Source: Patescibacteria group bacterium (GTDB taxonomy: Bacteria > Patescibacteriota > Patescibacteriia > 2-01-FULL-39-33). Taken from it: a stretch of DNA of 64,000 nucleotides. A model generated the notes under the pieces. That model had not been told where the DNA came from. It ran no database searches and saw only the letters and a list, made by a program, of their open reading frames with translations. The stretch is from contig JBAZBX010000002.1 in the NCBI GenBank assembly GCA_041671305.1, forward strand, positions 5,193-69,192, given 5' to 3'. The position numbers and the translations under genes are program-made. Below, piece by piece: positions 55,177 to 64,000 of the stretch. How positions within the stretch are numbered: the stretch's first letter is position 1; every line of letters begins with the position of its first letter.

Positions 55177-56739
55177 ATGAAGGATTTTAATCAAAAAATA
55201 CTTACCAATATTCTAAAACAAAAGCCTTCTACCGAAAAGGATCTTTTTAATATCTCCAGAAAGGAATTCGGCAAATACAAACTTCCCTCGCCGGAAAAAT
55301 CGTTACTGCTTTCAGCTTATCATAAATTAGTCAAAAATAAAAAGCTCAAAGCGGACAAAAAGATTGAGCAACTCCTCACCAAGCGAGCCGTGAGAACTCT
55401 TTCCGGAGTAGCCGTAATTTCCGTCCTGACCAAAGCCTATCCCTGCCCAGGAAAATGCTTGTATTGTCCCACCGAAAAAAACATGCCCAAAAGCTATCTC
55501 TCCAACGAGCCGGCAGTGATGAGAGCGATTCTAGCCAAGTTTGATCCTTTCAAACAAGTTCAGATAAGACTAGACGCACTCAAGGCCAACGGACATTCAA
55601 CTGAAAAAGTAGAATTAATCGTCATGGGCGGTACTTGGTCATATCTGGATACCAAATATCAAAATTGGTTTATTAAACGCTGTCTTGAGGCGCTAAATGG
55701 CAAAACCGCCAAAAATCTGGAACAAGCGCAGAAACAAAATGAGTCAGCCAAACATCGCTGTATTGGATTAACATTGGAAACTAGACCTGATTATATTGAT
55801 GAAAAAGAAATAATAAAAATGAGAAAATTAGGCGCGACCAGAGTAGAGCTGGGCATCCAGCACATTGATGATAATATTTTGAAATTAAATCGTCGCGGAC
55901 ACAAAAATGCCAAGTCCATTGAAGCCATTGCATTACTAAAAAAAGCGGGATTCAAGATAAACTATCACCTCATGCTCAATCTTCCTGGATCAACTCCAAT
56001 CAAAGATTTGGCCATGTTCAAAAAATTGTATAGTTCTCCAAATTACATGCCGGATATGATCAAAATTTATCCTTGCGTAGTAAATAAATATGCTCCTTTA
56101 TATAAATTATGGAAAACTGGCCAGTACCAACCATACTCCGACAGGCAACTGAGAGATTTAATTGTCAAAATAAAAAAAATCACTCCTCCCTTTGTCCGAA
56201 TCACTAGGCTGATTCGTGATATTCCCGAGGAAAGCATTATGGCCGGAAATAAAATTACCAACCTGCGTCAGCTCATCAATAATTCCGCAAGCCAAGACGG
56301 CTGGTCATGCAAGTGCATAAGATGCCGGGAAGCGGGACACCAACAAAACAATTTTCAAAAGCCAAAGTTAAATGTAATTAAATATCAAGCTTCAAAAGGC
56401 ACGGAATATTTTTTGTCATTTGAGTCAAAAGACGAAAAAATCTTATACGCCTTTTTGCGGCTGAGAATAAATAACCATCCTGAAAATAATTTTATTCCTG
56501 CCTTGCGAAATTCGGCTATAATCCGCGAATTACATACTTATGGACAACTTACTTCCCTGGGCGACGCAGGAGAAGTACAGCATACTGGCATGGGCAAAAA
56601 ATTATTGGAGCAAGCTGAAACAATCACCCGCCAACATCGTCTAAATAAAATAGCGGTAATATCCGGCATTGGCGTCAGAAAATATTATCAAAAATTGGGA
56701 TACGAGTTGCAAGATGAGTACATGGTTAAAAATATTTAA
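55177..56739 (+). CDS. Elp3-family radical SAM protein with a C-terminal GNAT acetyltransferase domain
   Basis: Radical SAM Cx4Cx2C (YPCPGKCLYCP). Elp3-like length of 520 aa. C-terminal GNAT block GMGKKLLEQAE...GYE. This resembles archaeal/eukaryotic tRNA U34 modification Elp3. Confidence 0.65.
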   Translation: MKDFNQKILTNILKQKPSTEKDLFNISRKEFGKYKLPSPEKSLLLSAYHKLVKNKKLKADKKIEQLLTKRAVRTLSGVAVISVLTKAYPCPGKCLYCPTEKNMPKSYLSNEPAVMRAILAKFDPFKQVQIRLDALKANGHSTEKVELIVMGGTWSYLDTKYQNWFIKRCLEALNGKTAKNLEQAQKQNESAKHRCIGLTLETRPDYIDEKEIIKMRKLGATRVELGIQHIDDNILKLNRRGHKNAKSIEAIALLKKAGFKINYHLMLNLPGSTPIKDLAMFKKLYSSPNYMPDMIKIYPCVVNKYAPLYKLWKTGQYQPYSDRQLRDLIVKIKKITPPFVRITRLIRDIPEESIMAGNKITNLRQLINNSASQDGWSCKCIRCREAGHQQNNFQKPKLNVIKYQASKGTEYFLSFESKDEKILYAFLRLRINNHPENNFIPALRNSAIIRELHTYGQLTSLGDAGEVQHTGMGKKLLEQAETITRQHRLNKIAVISGIGVRKYYQKLGYELQDEYMVKNI

Positions 56740-56800
56740 GAGTGTCATTACAAAAATTAATTCATAATTAATAATCCTTAATTATAATAAGTAAGTAAGT

Positions 56801-57265
56801 ATGTCTGATATCAACAAAACAACTCTCGGTGAAATAGGAGTGTTTACCAATATGATCGCGTCCGGCCCGGTTATTATTCAAGCGCACGACGGGGTTGAAA
56901 AAACTCTGTTGGTTAAACACGGCGACAGACCTATTGAAGAATTAAAATGGAAATTCTGCGGCGGAAAAATTTTGAAGGGAATGGATTTGGAAGAAAACGC
57001 CATCCGTGAAGCTCAAGAAGAAATCGGCGCCACAGTCAAGCTCATAAAGCCTCTTAAACCGCTAGTCATTTGGAATGAGGTTCCTGAAACTGGGTCAGAA
57101 CAGCCGGAAGCAATTATCCTTATTCATTATTTAGCCACAATTGATCAAGAACCGAAAAAAGGTAAACAAATTTTGGCCATGGAATGGTTTGATATAAATA
57201 ATTTGCCAGACGATTGTGCGCCCAATATAAAACCGATCATCCAAAATTATTTGGATTTGAAATAA
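56801..57265 (+). CDS. NUDIX-family hydrolase (divergent Nudix box)
   Basis: LLVKHGDRPIEELKWKFCGGKILKGMDLEENAIREAQEEIGA has an REx2EExG core with shortened spacing. It is similar in its LVKH...W..GG layout to the NUDIX insert in LeuRS. Confidence 0.5.
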   Translation: MSDINKTTLGEIGVFTNMIASGPVIIQAHDGVEKTLLVKHGDRPIEELKWKFCGGKILKGMDLEENAIREAQEEIGATVKLIKPLKPLVIWNEVPETGSEQPEAIILIHYLATIDQEPKKGKQILAMEWFDINNLPDDCAPNIKPIIQNYLDLK

Positions 57266-57282
57266 TCCTTTTTGAAAATAAA

Positions 57283-57312
57283 AAAGTCCCGCCTTCAAGC
57301 GGGATTTTTATT
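57283..57312. terminator. Bidirectional rho-independent terminator
   Basis: aaagtcccgccttcaagcgggatttttatt has a 7-bp stem and T-run. It lies between the NUDIX gene (+) and rsmE (-). Confidence 0.5.
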
Positions 57313-57446
57313 CTCACAAAATAAAATCAACCTCTATAAACGATGGCCAAGATAGACAAAATTAAAGCCAAGACTGCCAAAATAATCGCCAAAGCAATTC
57401 CCAATTTTTCCTTCATAAATTTGATGAAATTAATATTGAAATTATT

Positions 57447-58163
57447 TTATTTACCACTCATAGCCAAAACGGAAGCGACAAATATCGTAGCTGTTTCCGC
57501 TCTTAGTATTCTTTTGCCCAGGCCGACGGTTTTCAGTCCCAAAGCCTTGGCTCCCTCTATTTCTTCATCCTCATAACCGCCTTCCGGACCGACAAAAATA
57601 TGAATTATTTTATTATTAATTTCTGATTTGAAATTATTATCAATTTCTTTCTCCCAAGAAATAAGTTTATCTCCTTCCTGCTGACTGCACCAATTAATAG
57701 CTTCATGAAAATTTACCAGATTGCCAAATTCCATAAGTCTGGTTCCTCCGCATTGTTCAATGGCTTCTTTTATTATTTCTCCATATCTTTTTCTCTTCGC
57801 CGGACTTACCTCCCTCACCACGCATCTATCAGATACCACCGGCACTACCGCATAAACTCCTATCTCCGCCAACTTCTGCAAAATCAAATCCAATTTATCC
57901 GACTTGAGCAATGATTGATAAATTATAATTTTGGTTTTTAATTCTTTGTCGTCATCTCTCTTGTCAAGGAGCAAAAATTCTGCGCAATTGCTATCCAGCT
58001 TGATAAGTTGAGCCAAATATTCCCCGCCCAAATTATTAAAAATAAAAAACCTATCCCCTTCTTTGGCACGCAACACTTTGGCTATTTGTGAGACTAATTT
58101 TTTGTCCTGACACGACGCATAATCGCCGGAAAAATCAGAAGGAGGAAGATAAAATCTCTGCAT
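57447..58163 (-). CDS. rsmE: 16S rRNA (uracil1498-N3)-methyltransferase RsmE
   Basis: MQRFYLPP start. PUA-like N-domain. SPOUT C-domain with GPEGGYEDEE and LGKRILRAETA motifs. Confidence 0.75.
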   Translation of the reverse strand: MQRFYLPPSDFSGDYASCQDKKLVSQIAKVLRAKEGDRFFIFNNLGGEYLAQLIKLDSNCAEFLLLDKRDDDKELKTKIIIYQSLLKSDKLDLILQKLAEIGVYAVVPVVSDRCVVREVSPAKRKRYGEIIKEAIEQCGGTRLMEFGNLVNFHEAINWCSQQEGDKLISWEKEIDNNFKSEINNKIIHIFVGPEGGYEDEEIEGAKALGLKTVGLGKRILRAETATIFVASVLAMSGK

Positions 58164-58242
58164 AATAAAACAATTGAAAAATTATTCTCTTAATGCTAAT
58201 ATTATATCATTAATTTAGATATAAATCACTAATTTTAAACCT

Positions 58243-59490
58243 ATGTCTATAGCACCCGCCATTTTTGAACTCATCAGAAAAGAAATTAAACGTCAACAGG
58301 AAGGCCTGATTATGATTGCCTCGGAAAATTATGCTTCTGTTGACTCCCTCAAAGCCATAGGAACGCCCTTATCCAATAAATATTCCGAAGGTTATCCCGG
58401 CAAAAGATTCTATACTGGCAACCAGTACATTGATGAGATAGAAAACTTGGCCAAAGCTGAAGCTCTGAAAATGTTCGGCTTGTCAGATCAAGAATGGGCT
58501 TCTAACGTCCAACCTCATTCCGGCTCTTCAGCCAACATGGCGGTTTACATGGGGTTACTTAGTGTCGGCGACAAGATAATGGGCATGGACTTAAGCCAAG
58601 GCGGACATTTGACTCATGGCAGTCCGGTAAATTTTTCTGGCAAGCTTTTTAATTTTGTGCACTATGGCGTAAACAAGGAAACACATCTTTTGGATTACGA
58701 CGAAATTGAAAGAATTGCGCTTGAAGAAAAACCCAAGATGATTGTCTGTGGGTATACTGCCTATCCCAGAACGGTTGATTTCCAAAGATTCAGACAAATT
58801 GCTGATAAAGTCGGAGCCCTAGTCATGGCTGACGTTTCGCACATCATAGGATTAATTATTGCCGGTGTTCATCCAACTCCTTTTCCTTATGCTGATGTGG
58901 TAACGTCAACCACTCACAAAACTCTCTCTGGTCCCAGAAGCGCTTTTATTGTCAGTAAAATCCAATATGCTTCACAAATTGATAAGGCCGTGTTTCCCGG
59001 AATGCAAGGCGGGCCATTAGACAATATTGTCGCCGCCAAAGCTATTGCCTTTTCTGAAGCTCAAAGCGAAGAATTCAAAGCCAAGCAATGGCAAATCGTC
59101 AAAAACAGCCAAGCCTTAGCTCAAACCTTATCCGATGCAGGCATCACCGTCATCACTGGCGGAACAGATACTCATTTGATGCTTTTGGATTGCAGGTCAG
59201 TCAACTTGCCTGGCAAGGAGGCGGTTAATCTTTTGGCGGAAGCAAATATTTATACCAACTTCAATATGATTCCTTATGATCCGGCTACGCCTTTCAATCC
59301 CTCAGGCATGAGGATCGGCACTCCCGCCCTGACCACCAGAGGTATGAAAGAAGATGAGATGAAAATCATCGGGGAATGGATTGCGCAAATATTTAAAAAT
59401 CCAAACGATGAACAATTAAGAATAAAAATAAAAGAACAAGTCAAAGAATTAACCCTGGGATTCCCGATTTATGAAAACTTCCAAATCTAA
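58243..59490 (+). CDS. glyA: Serine hydroxymethyltransferase
   Basis: PLP-lysine block TTHKTLSGPRSAFI. GHLTHG. 415 aa. Confidence 0.95.
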   Translation: MSIAPAIFELIRKEIKRQQEGLIMIASENYASVDSLKAIGTPLSNKYSEGYPGKRFYTGNQYIDEIENLAKAEALKMFGLSDQEWASNVQPHSGSSANMAVYMGLLSVGDKIMGMDLSQGGHLTHGSPVNFSGKLFNFVHYGVNKETHLLDYDEIERIALEEKPKMIVCGYTAYPRTVDFQRFRQIADKVGALVMADVSHIIGLIIAGVHPTPFPYADVVTSTTHKTLSGPRSAFIVSKIQYASQIDKAVFPGMQGGPLDNIVAAKAIAFSEAQSEEFKAKQWQIVKNSQALAQTLSDAGITVITGGTDTHLMLLDCRSVNLPGKEAVNLLAEANIYTNFNMIPYDPATPFNPSGMRIGTPALTTRGMKEDEMKIIGEWIAQIFKNPNDEQLRIKIKEQVKELTLGFPIYENFQI

Positions 59491-60310
59491 AACAAAAAAG
59501 TTAGCCAAAATACTTGATGGCGAAAAGTTAGCCAAAGAAATAAAATTAGATTTGGCGCAAAAAATATTTTTATCCAAACAAAAACCCGGCTTGGCCACTA
59601 TTTTAATTGGCGACGATCCGGCATCGCTTTTATACGTTAATTTGAAAGAAAAAGAAGCTGGAAAAGTTGGGATAAATTTTCATAAATATTTATGCAATCA
59701 GGATTGCTACCAAGATATTTCTGAGAAAGAACTTTTGACTATGATAAAATTCCTCAATGAAGACCCAGGTACAAATGGAATTATCGTCCAACTTCCTCTG
59801 CCAGAGAAATATCACACTCAGAAAATAATCAATGCCGTTGATCCAGGAAAAGATGTAGACGGATTCCATCCCAAAAACAAGGAAGTTATTCCTCCCACCA
59901 TTTTTGCCATTATTGAACTACTGAGATCAACAAAAGAAAAATTAGAAAACAAAAAAACTCTCATCATCGGCAAGAGTTCTATATTTATAAACGGGCTAGA
60001 AAGCTACATCCAAAAAGAACTAAAAATAAAAAATCTCAAACAAAGCAATATTATTCCAAATAATTCCAAAGATTACGACATTATTATCATTGCCATTGGC
60101 CAAGCCAAAGCGTTGAAGAAAACCATGATCAAGGATGGTGCGATTATCATAGATGTAGGAATAAATAAACTGCACGAAAAAACCATCGGCGACGCTGACC
60201 CCAAAGTGACTGAAGTCGCTTCCTATTTCTCCCCGGTTCCTGGAGGTGTCGGACCTCTGACTGTAGCCTGCCTACTGAAAAATACCTACCTGCTTTCAAA
60301 GAAAAAATAA
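59471..60310 (+). CDS. folD: Bifunctional methylenetetrahydrofolate dehydrogenase/methenyl-THF cyclohydrolase
   Basis: KILDGEKLAKEI start block, PGLATILIGDDPAS, C-terminal PVPGGVGPLTVACLL. Overlaps glyA by 20 nt. Confidence 0.85.
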   Translation: MKTSKSKTKKLAKILDGEKLAKEIKLDLAQKIFLSKQKPGLATILIGDDPASLLYVNLKEKEAGKVGINFHKYLCNQDCYQDISEKELLTMIKFLNEDPGTNGIIVQLPLPEKYHTQKIINAVDPGKDVDGFHPKNKEVIPPTIFAIIELLRSTKEKLENKKTLIIGKSSIFINGLESYIQKELKIKNLKQSNIIPNNSKDYDIIIIAIGQAKALKKTMIKDGAIIIDVGINKLHEKTIGDADPKVTEVASYFSPVPGGVGPLTVACLLKNTYLLSKKK

Positions 60311-60362
60311 ATAATGCAAAACGCCGTCTTGATGAAAGATCAAGACGGCGTTTAGTTTATAA

Positions 60363-60935
60363 TTAATTCTTATTGAGTAACCTTTCCATCAATTCAATAA
60401 AAATCTTGGCATTGAATTCCACATCCGGCATAGCTCTATGCGCGTTGATATGTTCATAACCAAAATGCTTGGCAACATTGCCCAAAGTGTAGCTGGGCAA
60501 AGTCAATATTTTGCGCGATAATTCCAAAGTATCAATCATCTTGTTCTCAGGCATGGGCAAAGATCTTTTACGGCAATAATCAAGAATAAACAGCCAGTCA
60601 AATTCTCTAATGTTGTGTCCCACCACGATTGAATCTCCGATAAAATGGAAAAATTCTTTCATCACGTCATCAATTTTGCGTCCGTTGGCAATCAGATATA
60701 TCTCGTTGAGACCATGAACTTTCTCCGCTTCAGTCGGAACTGACTTGGTCGGCCTCACCAGCTCCTCAAAACGATCTACGATTTCCTTGCCACGCAATTT
60801 CAAAGCGGCGATTTCCAAAATCTCATCCTTGTCAGGATAAAGACCGGAGGTTTCCAAATCAAAAACCGAAAATTCGGTTTCCAAAAAATTCTGATACTTT
60901 TGTTTTTGTTCTTCTGGTGTCATAACATATACCAT
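60363..60935 (-). CDS. DEDDh 3'-5' exonuclease (DnaQ/epsilon-like)
   Basis: Exo I FSVFDLETSGL. Exo II VVGHNIREFDWLFI. Exo III HRAMPDVE. Confidence 0.7.
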   Translation of the reverse strand: MVYVMTPEEQKQKYQNFLETEFSVFDLETSGLYPDKDEILEIAALKLRGKEIVDRFEELVRPTKSVPTEAEKVHGLNEIYLIANGRKIDDVMKEFFHFIGDSIVVGHNIREFDWLFILDYCRKRSLPMPENKMIDTLELSRKILTLPSYTLGNVAKHFGYEHINAHRAMPDVEFNAKIFIELMERLLNKN

Positions 60936-61091
60936 GTTAAAGCAAAATCACGGTTTTAGCAAGGCTTGAAAAATAAGGATTTTTGTGGTATAATGGCTAC
61001 AATAATTTTCAATGATCAATTATCAATTTTCAAACAATTTTTAATGATCTAATTTAAAAATTGGAAATTAAAAATTATAAATTTATCCCCT

Positions 61092-62177
61092 ATGTCTTTT
61101 TCCATCGGTATCGTTGGTTTGCCCAATGTCGGAAAATCTACACTATTTAAAGCCCTAACCAAAAAACAGGTTGATGCTTCTAATTATCCATTTTGTACCA
61201 TAGACCCCAATGTTGGCGTAGTGCCCGTGCCAGATATCAGGCTAGAGCAACTCGGCCAAGTTTCCCATTCCGCCAAAATAGTCCCTACCACCATTGAGTT
61301 TGTAGATATTGCGGGACTCGTCAAAGGCGCTTCCAAAGGCGAAGGATTGGGCAATAAATTTCTAGCCAACATCCGCGAAGTAGATGCCATTGTTCAAGTC
61401 GTCAGGCAATTTTCTGACAGCAATGTCATTCATGTGGAAGGCAGAGTCAATCCCGAGTCTGACAAAGAAACCATAAACATGGAATTAATCCTGGCTGACC
61501 TCCAATCAGTTGACAAAAAAATTGATGCCAATGCCAAAGAAGTCAGAGCAGGCAAAAAAGAAGCCAAGGAAATTGAGCCGGTTTTAGTTAAACTCAAAGC
61601 CGGATTGGACGCTGGCAAATTAGCCTTTGAAATTATTACCGATCCAGAAGAAATAGAATTAATCAAAGAACTGCACTTGCTTACCATCAAACCCATGATT
61701 TATGTGCTTAACGTTGACGAAGACAAAATTTTCCCTGCCCGAAATGCTTCGCATAACGATGCAGGCGGGCAAGAGACTGATTATCTGACGGTATCAGCCA
61801 AAATAGAAGCTGAACTTTCCGAATTGCCTGAAGCCGAAGCCAAGGAATACCTCAAGGATTTATCCCTTGATTCCTCCGGCCTAGATAGGCTGATCGTCAA
61901 AGCTTATGAAGCTCTTAATTTGATTACTTATATTACCTCTGGCGAGATGGAGACAAAGGCTTGGACCATCAAACGTGGCTGGAAAGCTCCGCAAGCCGCC
62001 GGAGTCATTCATACCGATTTTGAAAAAGGATTCATCCGAGCGGAAATAATCAATTGGAAAGATCTAGTTGATGCCGAGGGAGAAGCCAAAGCCAAAGAAA
62101 AAGGATTAGTGAGATTGGAAGGCAAAGACTATGTGATGGCCGATGGCGACGTAGCTCACTTTCGGTTCAGTAATTAA
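61092..62177 (+). CDS. ychF: Ribosome-binding ATPase YchF (Obg-like)
   Basis: G1 [15 protein letters not shown]-domain NKFL. C-terminal TGS domain (GFIRAEII...). 361 aa. Confidence 0.9.
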   Translation: MSFSIGIVGLPNVGKSTLFKALTKKQVDASNYPFCTIDPNVGVVPVPDIRLEQLGQVSHSAKIVPTTIEFVDIAGLVKGASKGEGLGNKFLANIREVDAIVQVVRQFSDSNVIHVEGRVNPESDKETINMELILADLQSVDKKIDANAKEVRAGKKEAKEIEPVLVKLKAGLDAGKLAFEIITDPEEIELIKELHLLTIKPMIYVLNVDEDKIFPARNASHNDAGGQETDYLTVSAKIEAELSELPEAEAKEYLKDLSLDSSGLDRLIVKAYEALNLITYITSGEMETKAWTIKRGWKAPQAAGVIHTDFEKGFIRAEIINWKDLVDAEGEAKAKEKGLVRLEGKDYVMADGDVAHFRFSN

Positions 62178-62226
62178 ATAATAACTAATAACCAAGATAC
62201 AATAACCAAAAAGATTTTTACATTTT

Positions 62227-62424
62227 TTGATTATTGATTATTGTTTCTTGTATCTTAATTTTATGGAAGATGACACAAAGCTAAAAGTGATTCTCTACTT
62301 ATTGGTCGTTCTCAGCGCTGTTGCCTTGATCGGCCTATGGGAGTTATTTATCAAGCCAGGTTCAATCTTTATCTGGCAACTTATCGGCCCCTATGTATCT
62401 CAAATCTGGCATATGGTTTTCTAA
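62227..62424 (+). CDS. Small hypothetical membrane protein
   Basis: 65-aa ORF with one or two hydrophobic helices (LKVILYLLVVLSAVALIGLW). It is followed by a terminator. Weak support. Confidence 0.25.
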   Translation: MIIDYCFLYLNFMEDDTKLKVILYLLVVLSAVALIGLWELFIKPGSIFIWQLIGPYVSQIWHMVF

Positions 62425-62439
62425 TCTAACGCCAACAAA

Positions 62440-62472
62440 AAATCCGGCGATAAGCCGGTTTTTTATTTTTTA
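62440..62472. terminator. Bidirectional rho-independent terminator
   Basis: aaaaaatccggcgataagccggttttttatttttt has a 7-bp stem flanked by an A-run and a T-run. Confidence 0.45.
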
Positions 62473-62475
62473 ATT

Positions 62476-63585
62476 TTATAATTTTATCTCTCCACTGCTT
62501 AATCCCATTCTTTTGAGTATTTTGCTCTTCTGTGAGCCGATCGCCAAATCAGGCTGTCCGTAATCGTTTATTACAATCGGCAAAATTTCTATCTTTTCTA
62601 ATTCTTTATCCTGGAAATAAACCTTGGCAATTGCGCCTTCCCTGGTTTCCTGCGACCACATCTGATCAAAAATTAAATTACCCAGAGAATAAATAATATA
62701 TTTGCCCTTATAATTTTCTATATTCTGCACCCAATGCGGATGATGACCGATAACCAAATCTGCTCCGGCATCAATTACTCCATGATCAAAAGCGATCTGC
62801 TGAGAATTAGCTTTGGCTACATATTCCGTTCCTGCATGGACAAGCACGATAATTACATCTGCTTGTTTTTTTAAACTATCAATATCTGATTTGGCTTTTC
62901 CCAAATTCATATTGGCCATGCCCGCTTTTACTGAAGTGGCAAGATACAAATCTTCAGGATAGGCGTAAGACAAAAAGCCGAACTTCACGCCATTAATTTC
63001 TTTAATATATGGCGCATGCGCTTCCCTGTCGTTTTTGCCGGCTCCCACATAACCAATGCCATTATCATTCAAAGTCTTGAAAGTATCCAGCATACCCTTT
63101 TGCCCCTGATTGCCAAAATGATTATTGGCGAGAGAAATCAAATCAATTCCCGCTTCTTCTAATCCAGCCATAGACTTGGGATCGGCATTGAAACTAAACG
63201 ATCCGGTCTGAACCAGATGACTACCACTGGAAATAGTAAACGGCGATTCCAAATTAACAATTGCCAAATCAACTTTTTTGAATTCATTTCCAATCTTCTC
63301 AAACGGCCAGGCAAAATCATTTTTCTTAACCATCTTCTGTCCCACCACTCTTGAAAGCATGACATCACCGCCAAAAGCCATGATGGTTTCTTTCGGCTCT
63401 ACTGCAATTGGCTCCTCCACCACAGCAAAAGTCGCCGGAAGGGATTGCGCCATCACCTCCTTAATTTGTCCTGTCTGGTAAGTGGAAGTCTTGGCCGACC
63501 TTATGGCCACAAAAAGCAACCCAATCACGACCACTAGGATCAAAATTAAAATCGCCAGAATTATTTCTATTTTAAACTTTTTCAT
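62476..63585 (-). CDS. CapA/PgsA-family metallophosphoesterase (poly-gamma-glutamate capsule synthesis-like)
   Basis: N-terminal TM anchor. MAFGGDVMLSRVV, DLAIVNLESP, GIDLISLANNH and VLVHAGTEY blocks typical of PGA_cap. Confidence 0.6.
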   Translation of the reverse strand: MKKFKIEIILAILILILVVVIGLLFVAIRSAKTSTYQTGQIKEVMAQSLPATFAVVEEPIAVEPKETIMAFGGDVMLSRVVGQKMVKKNDFAWPFEKIGNEFKKVDLAIVNLESPFTISSGSHLVQTGSFSFNADPKSMAGLEEAGIDLISLANNHFGNQGQKGMLDTFKTLNDNGIGYVGAGKNDREAHAPYIKEINGVKFGFLSYAYPEDLYLATSVKAGMANMNLGKAKSDIDSLKKQADVIIVLVHAGTEYVAKANSQQIAFDHGVIDAGADLVIGHHPHWVQNIENYKGKYIIYSLGNLIFDQMWSQETREGAIAKVYFQDKELEKIEILPIVINDYGQPDLAIGSQKSKILKRMGLSSGEIKL

Positions 63586-63976
63586 AAATAATTATATTAC
63601 GCCAAATTTTTTGATCTTCCCTTTTGTAAATAAGATTGCCTTCATCCACTCTGGAAAATTTCATTTTTTCAATCTTATCAGCAATATTAATGCCGTATGC
63701 CTCATCTCCCAAATGCCATTCAGGCATCACTATTACTACCCGGCCACCGCTTAAAAGCGCTTTTTCAAATTGAGCAAACGAAGCCAGATACAATTGCTCC
63801 AAGTCTTTGATAATTTTAATAATTTTTGCCTCGCCCTCATTGCCTTTGATGGGAGGACCCAGATAAGGCTCGGTCACAATCGCCGTCACGGACTTAGATT
63901 TTATTTTTTCAGATAATTTTGTGACATCTAATTTTGAAATATCAAATTTGCAATCATTAATTTTTTCTTTATCCAC
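63572..63976 (-). CDS. Putative methyltransferase C-terminal portion. The gene likely extends beyond the window end.
   Basis: TEPYLGPP resembles MTase motif IV ((D/N/E)PPY-like) and is followed by a variable region. No motif I lies within the window, so the N-terminus is presumably upstream of position 64000. Confidence 0.3.
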   Translation of the reverse strand: MDKEKINDCKFDISKLDVTKLSEKIKSKSVTAIVTEPYLGPPIKGNEGEAKIIKIIKDLEQLYLASFAQFEKALLSGGRVVIVMPEWHLGDEAYGINIADKIEKMKFSRVDEGNLIYKREDQKIWRNIIIYEKV

Positions 63977-64000
63977 AAGCCAGTTTAAATTATCCTTGCT

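Noticed and set aside
1-64000. Possibility of an alternative genetic code (UGA recoded, as in some CPR lineages such as Gracilibacteria and Absconditabacteria)
   Set aside because: All long conserved proteins (UvrA 959 aa, LeuRS, RecG, GlyA and so on) are full-length under the standard table, so TGA is not used as a sense codon in them. TGA also terminates ORFs at sensible positions (for example 13678-13680). Code 11 is adequate.

Overview
This 64 kb window is AT-rich (roughly 35-38% GC by eye) with small, densely packed genes. The gene content looks like a reduced-genome, probably Candidate-Phyla-Radiation-like bacterium: radA, recG, uvrA, leuS, trpS, rnj, glyA/folD, ychF, ksgA, rsmE, a four-subunit pyruvate:ferredoxin oxidoreductase, a sortase with an LPXTG substrate, and an Elp3-like radical-SAM protein. 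All long ORFs are intact under the standard genetic code. I identify four tRNAs: Arg, Ser-GCT, Ser-TGA and Leu-CAG.

The accessory content is the interesting part:
1. A roughly 19 kb minus-strand operon (10.4-30.7 kb) encodes a type-IV-secretion-like apparatus: a VirB4 ATPase whose N-terminal domain is a separate overlapping ORF, a PrgI/VirB3-like 2-TM protein, a VirB6/TrbL-like polytopic protein and a VirB8/TcpC-like candidate. It sits next to ComF and a 3214-aa cysteine-rich giant exported protein carrying carbohydrate-binding-module-like domains. No VirD4, VirB11 or relaxase is visible in the window.
2. At the 5' end, two tandem paralogues share a near-identical exported 2-TM VirB2/TrbC-pilin-like module (about 93% nt identity over about 400 nt). 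One is fused to a T4-type GH24 lysozyme domain, the other to an LAS/M15-type zinc-peptidase-like domain.
3. LeuRS is 1169 aa. It carries an inserted NUDIX domain with a perfect Nudix box and an inserted alpha/beta serine-hydrolase domain with a GHSLG motif. The hydrolase is placed between the two CxxC halves of a zinc knuckle.
4. A family of GC-rich palindromic mini-elements has TGTCATYCCGA...TCGGRATGACA termini. One copy fills the radA/recG convergent intergenic space. A shorter homologous copy lies in-frame inside the leuS coding sequence, in the manner of a Rickettsia palindromic element.

Other notable features are an in-frame TAA splitting the sortase substrate, GC-rich small-gene islands flanking leuS (one with a consensus sigma-70 promoter), and a family of similar terminator hairpins.
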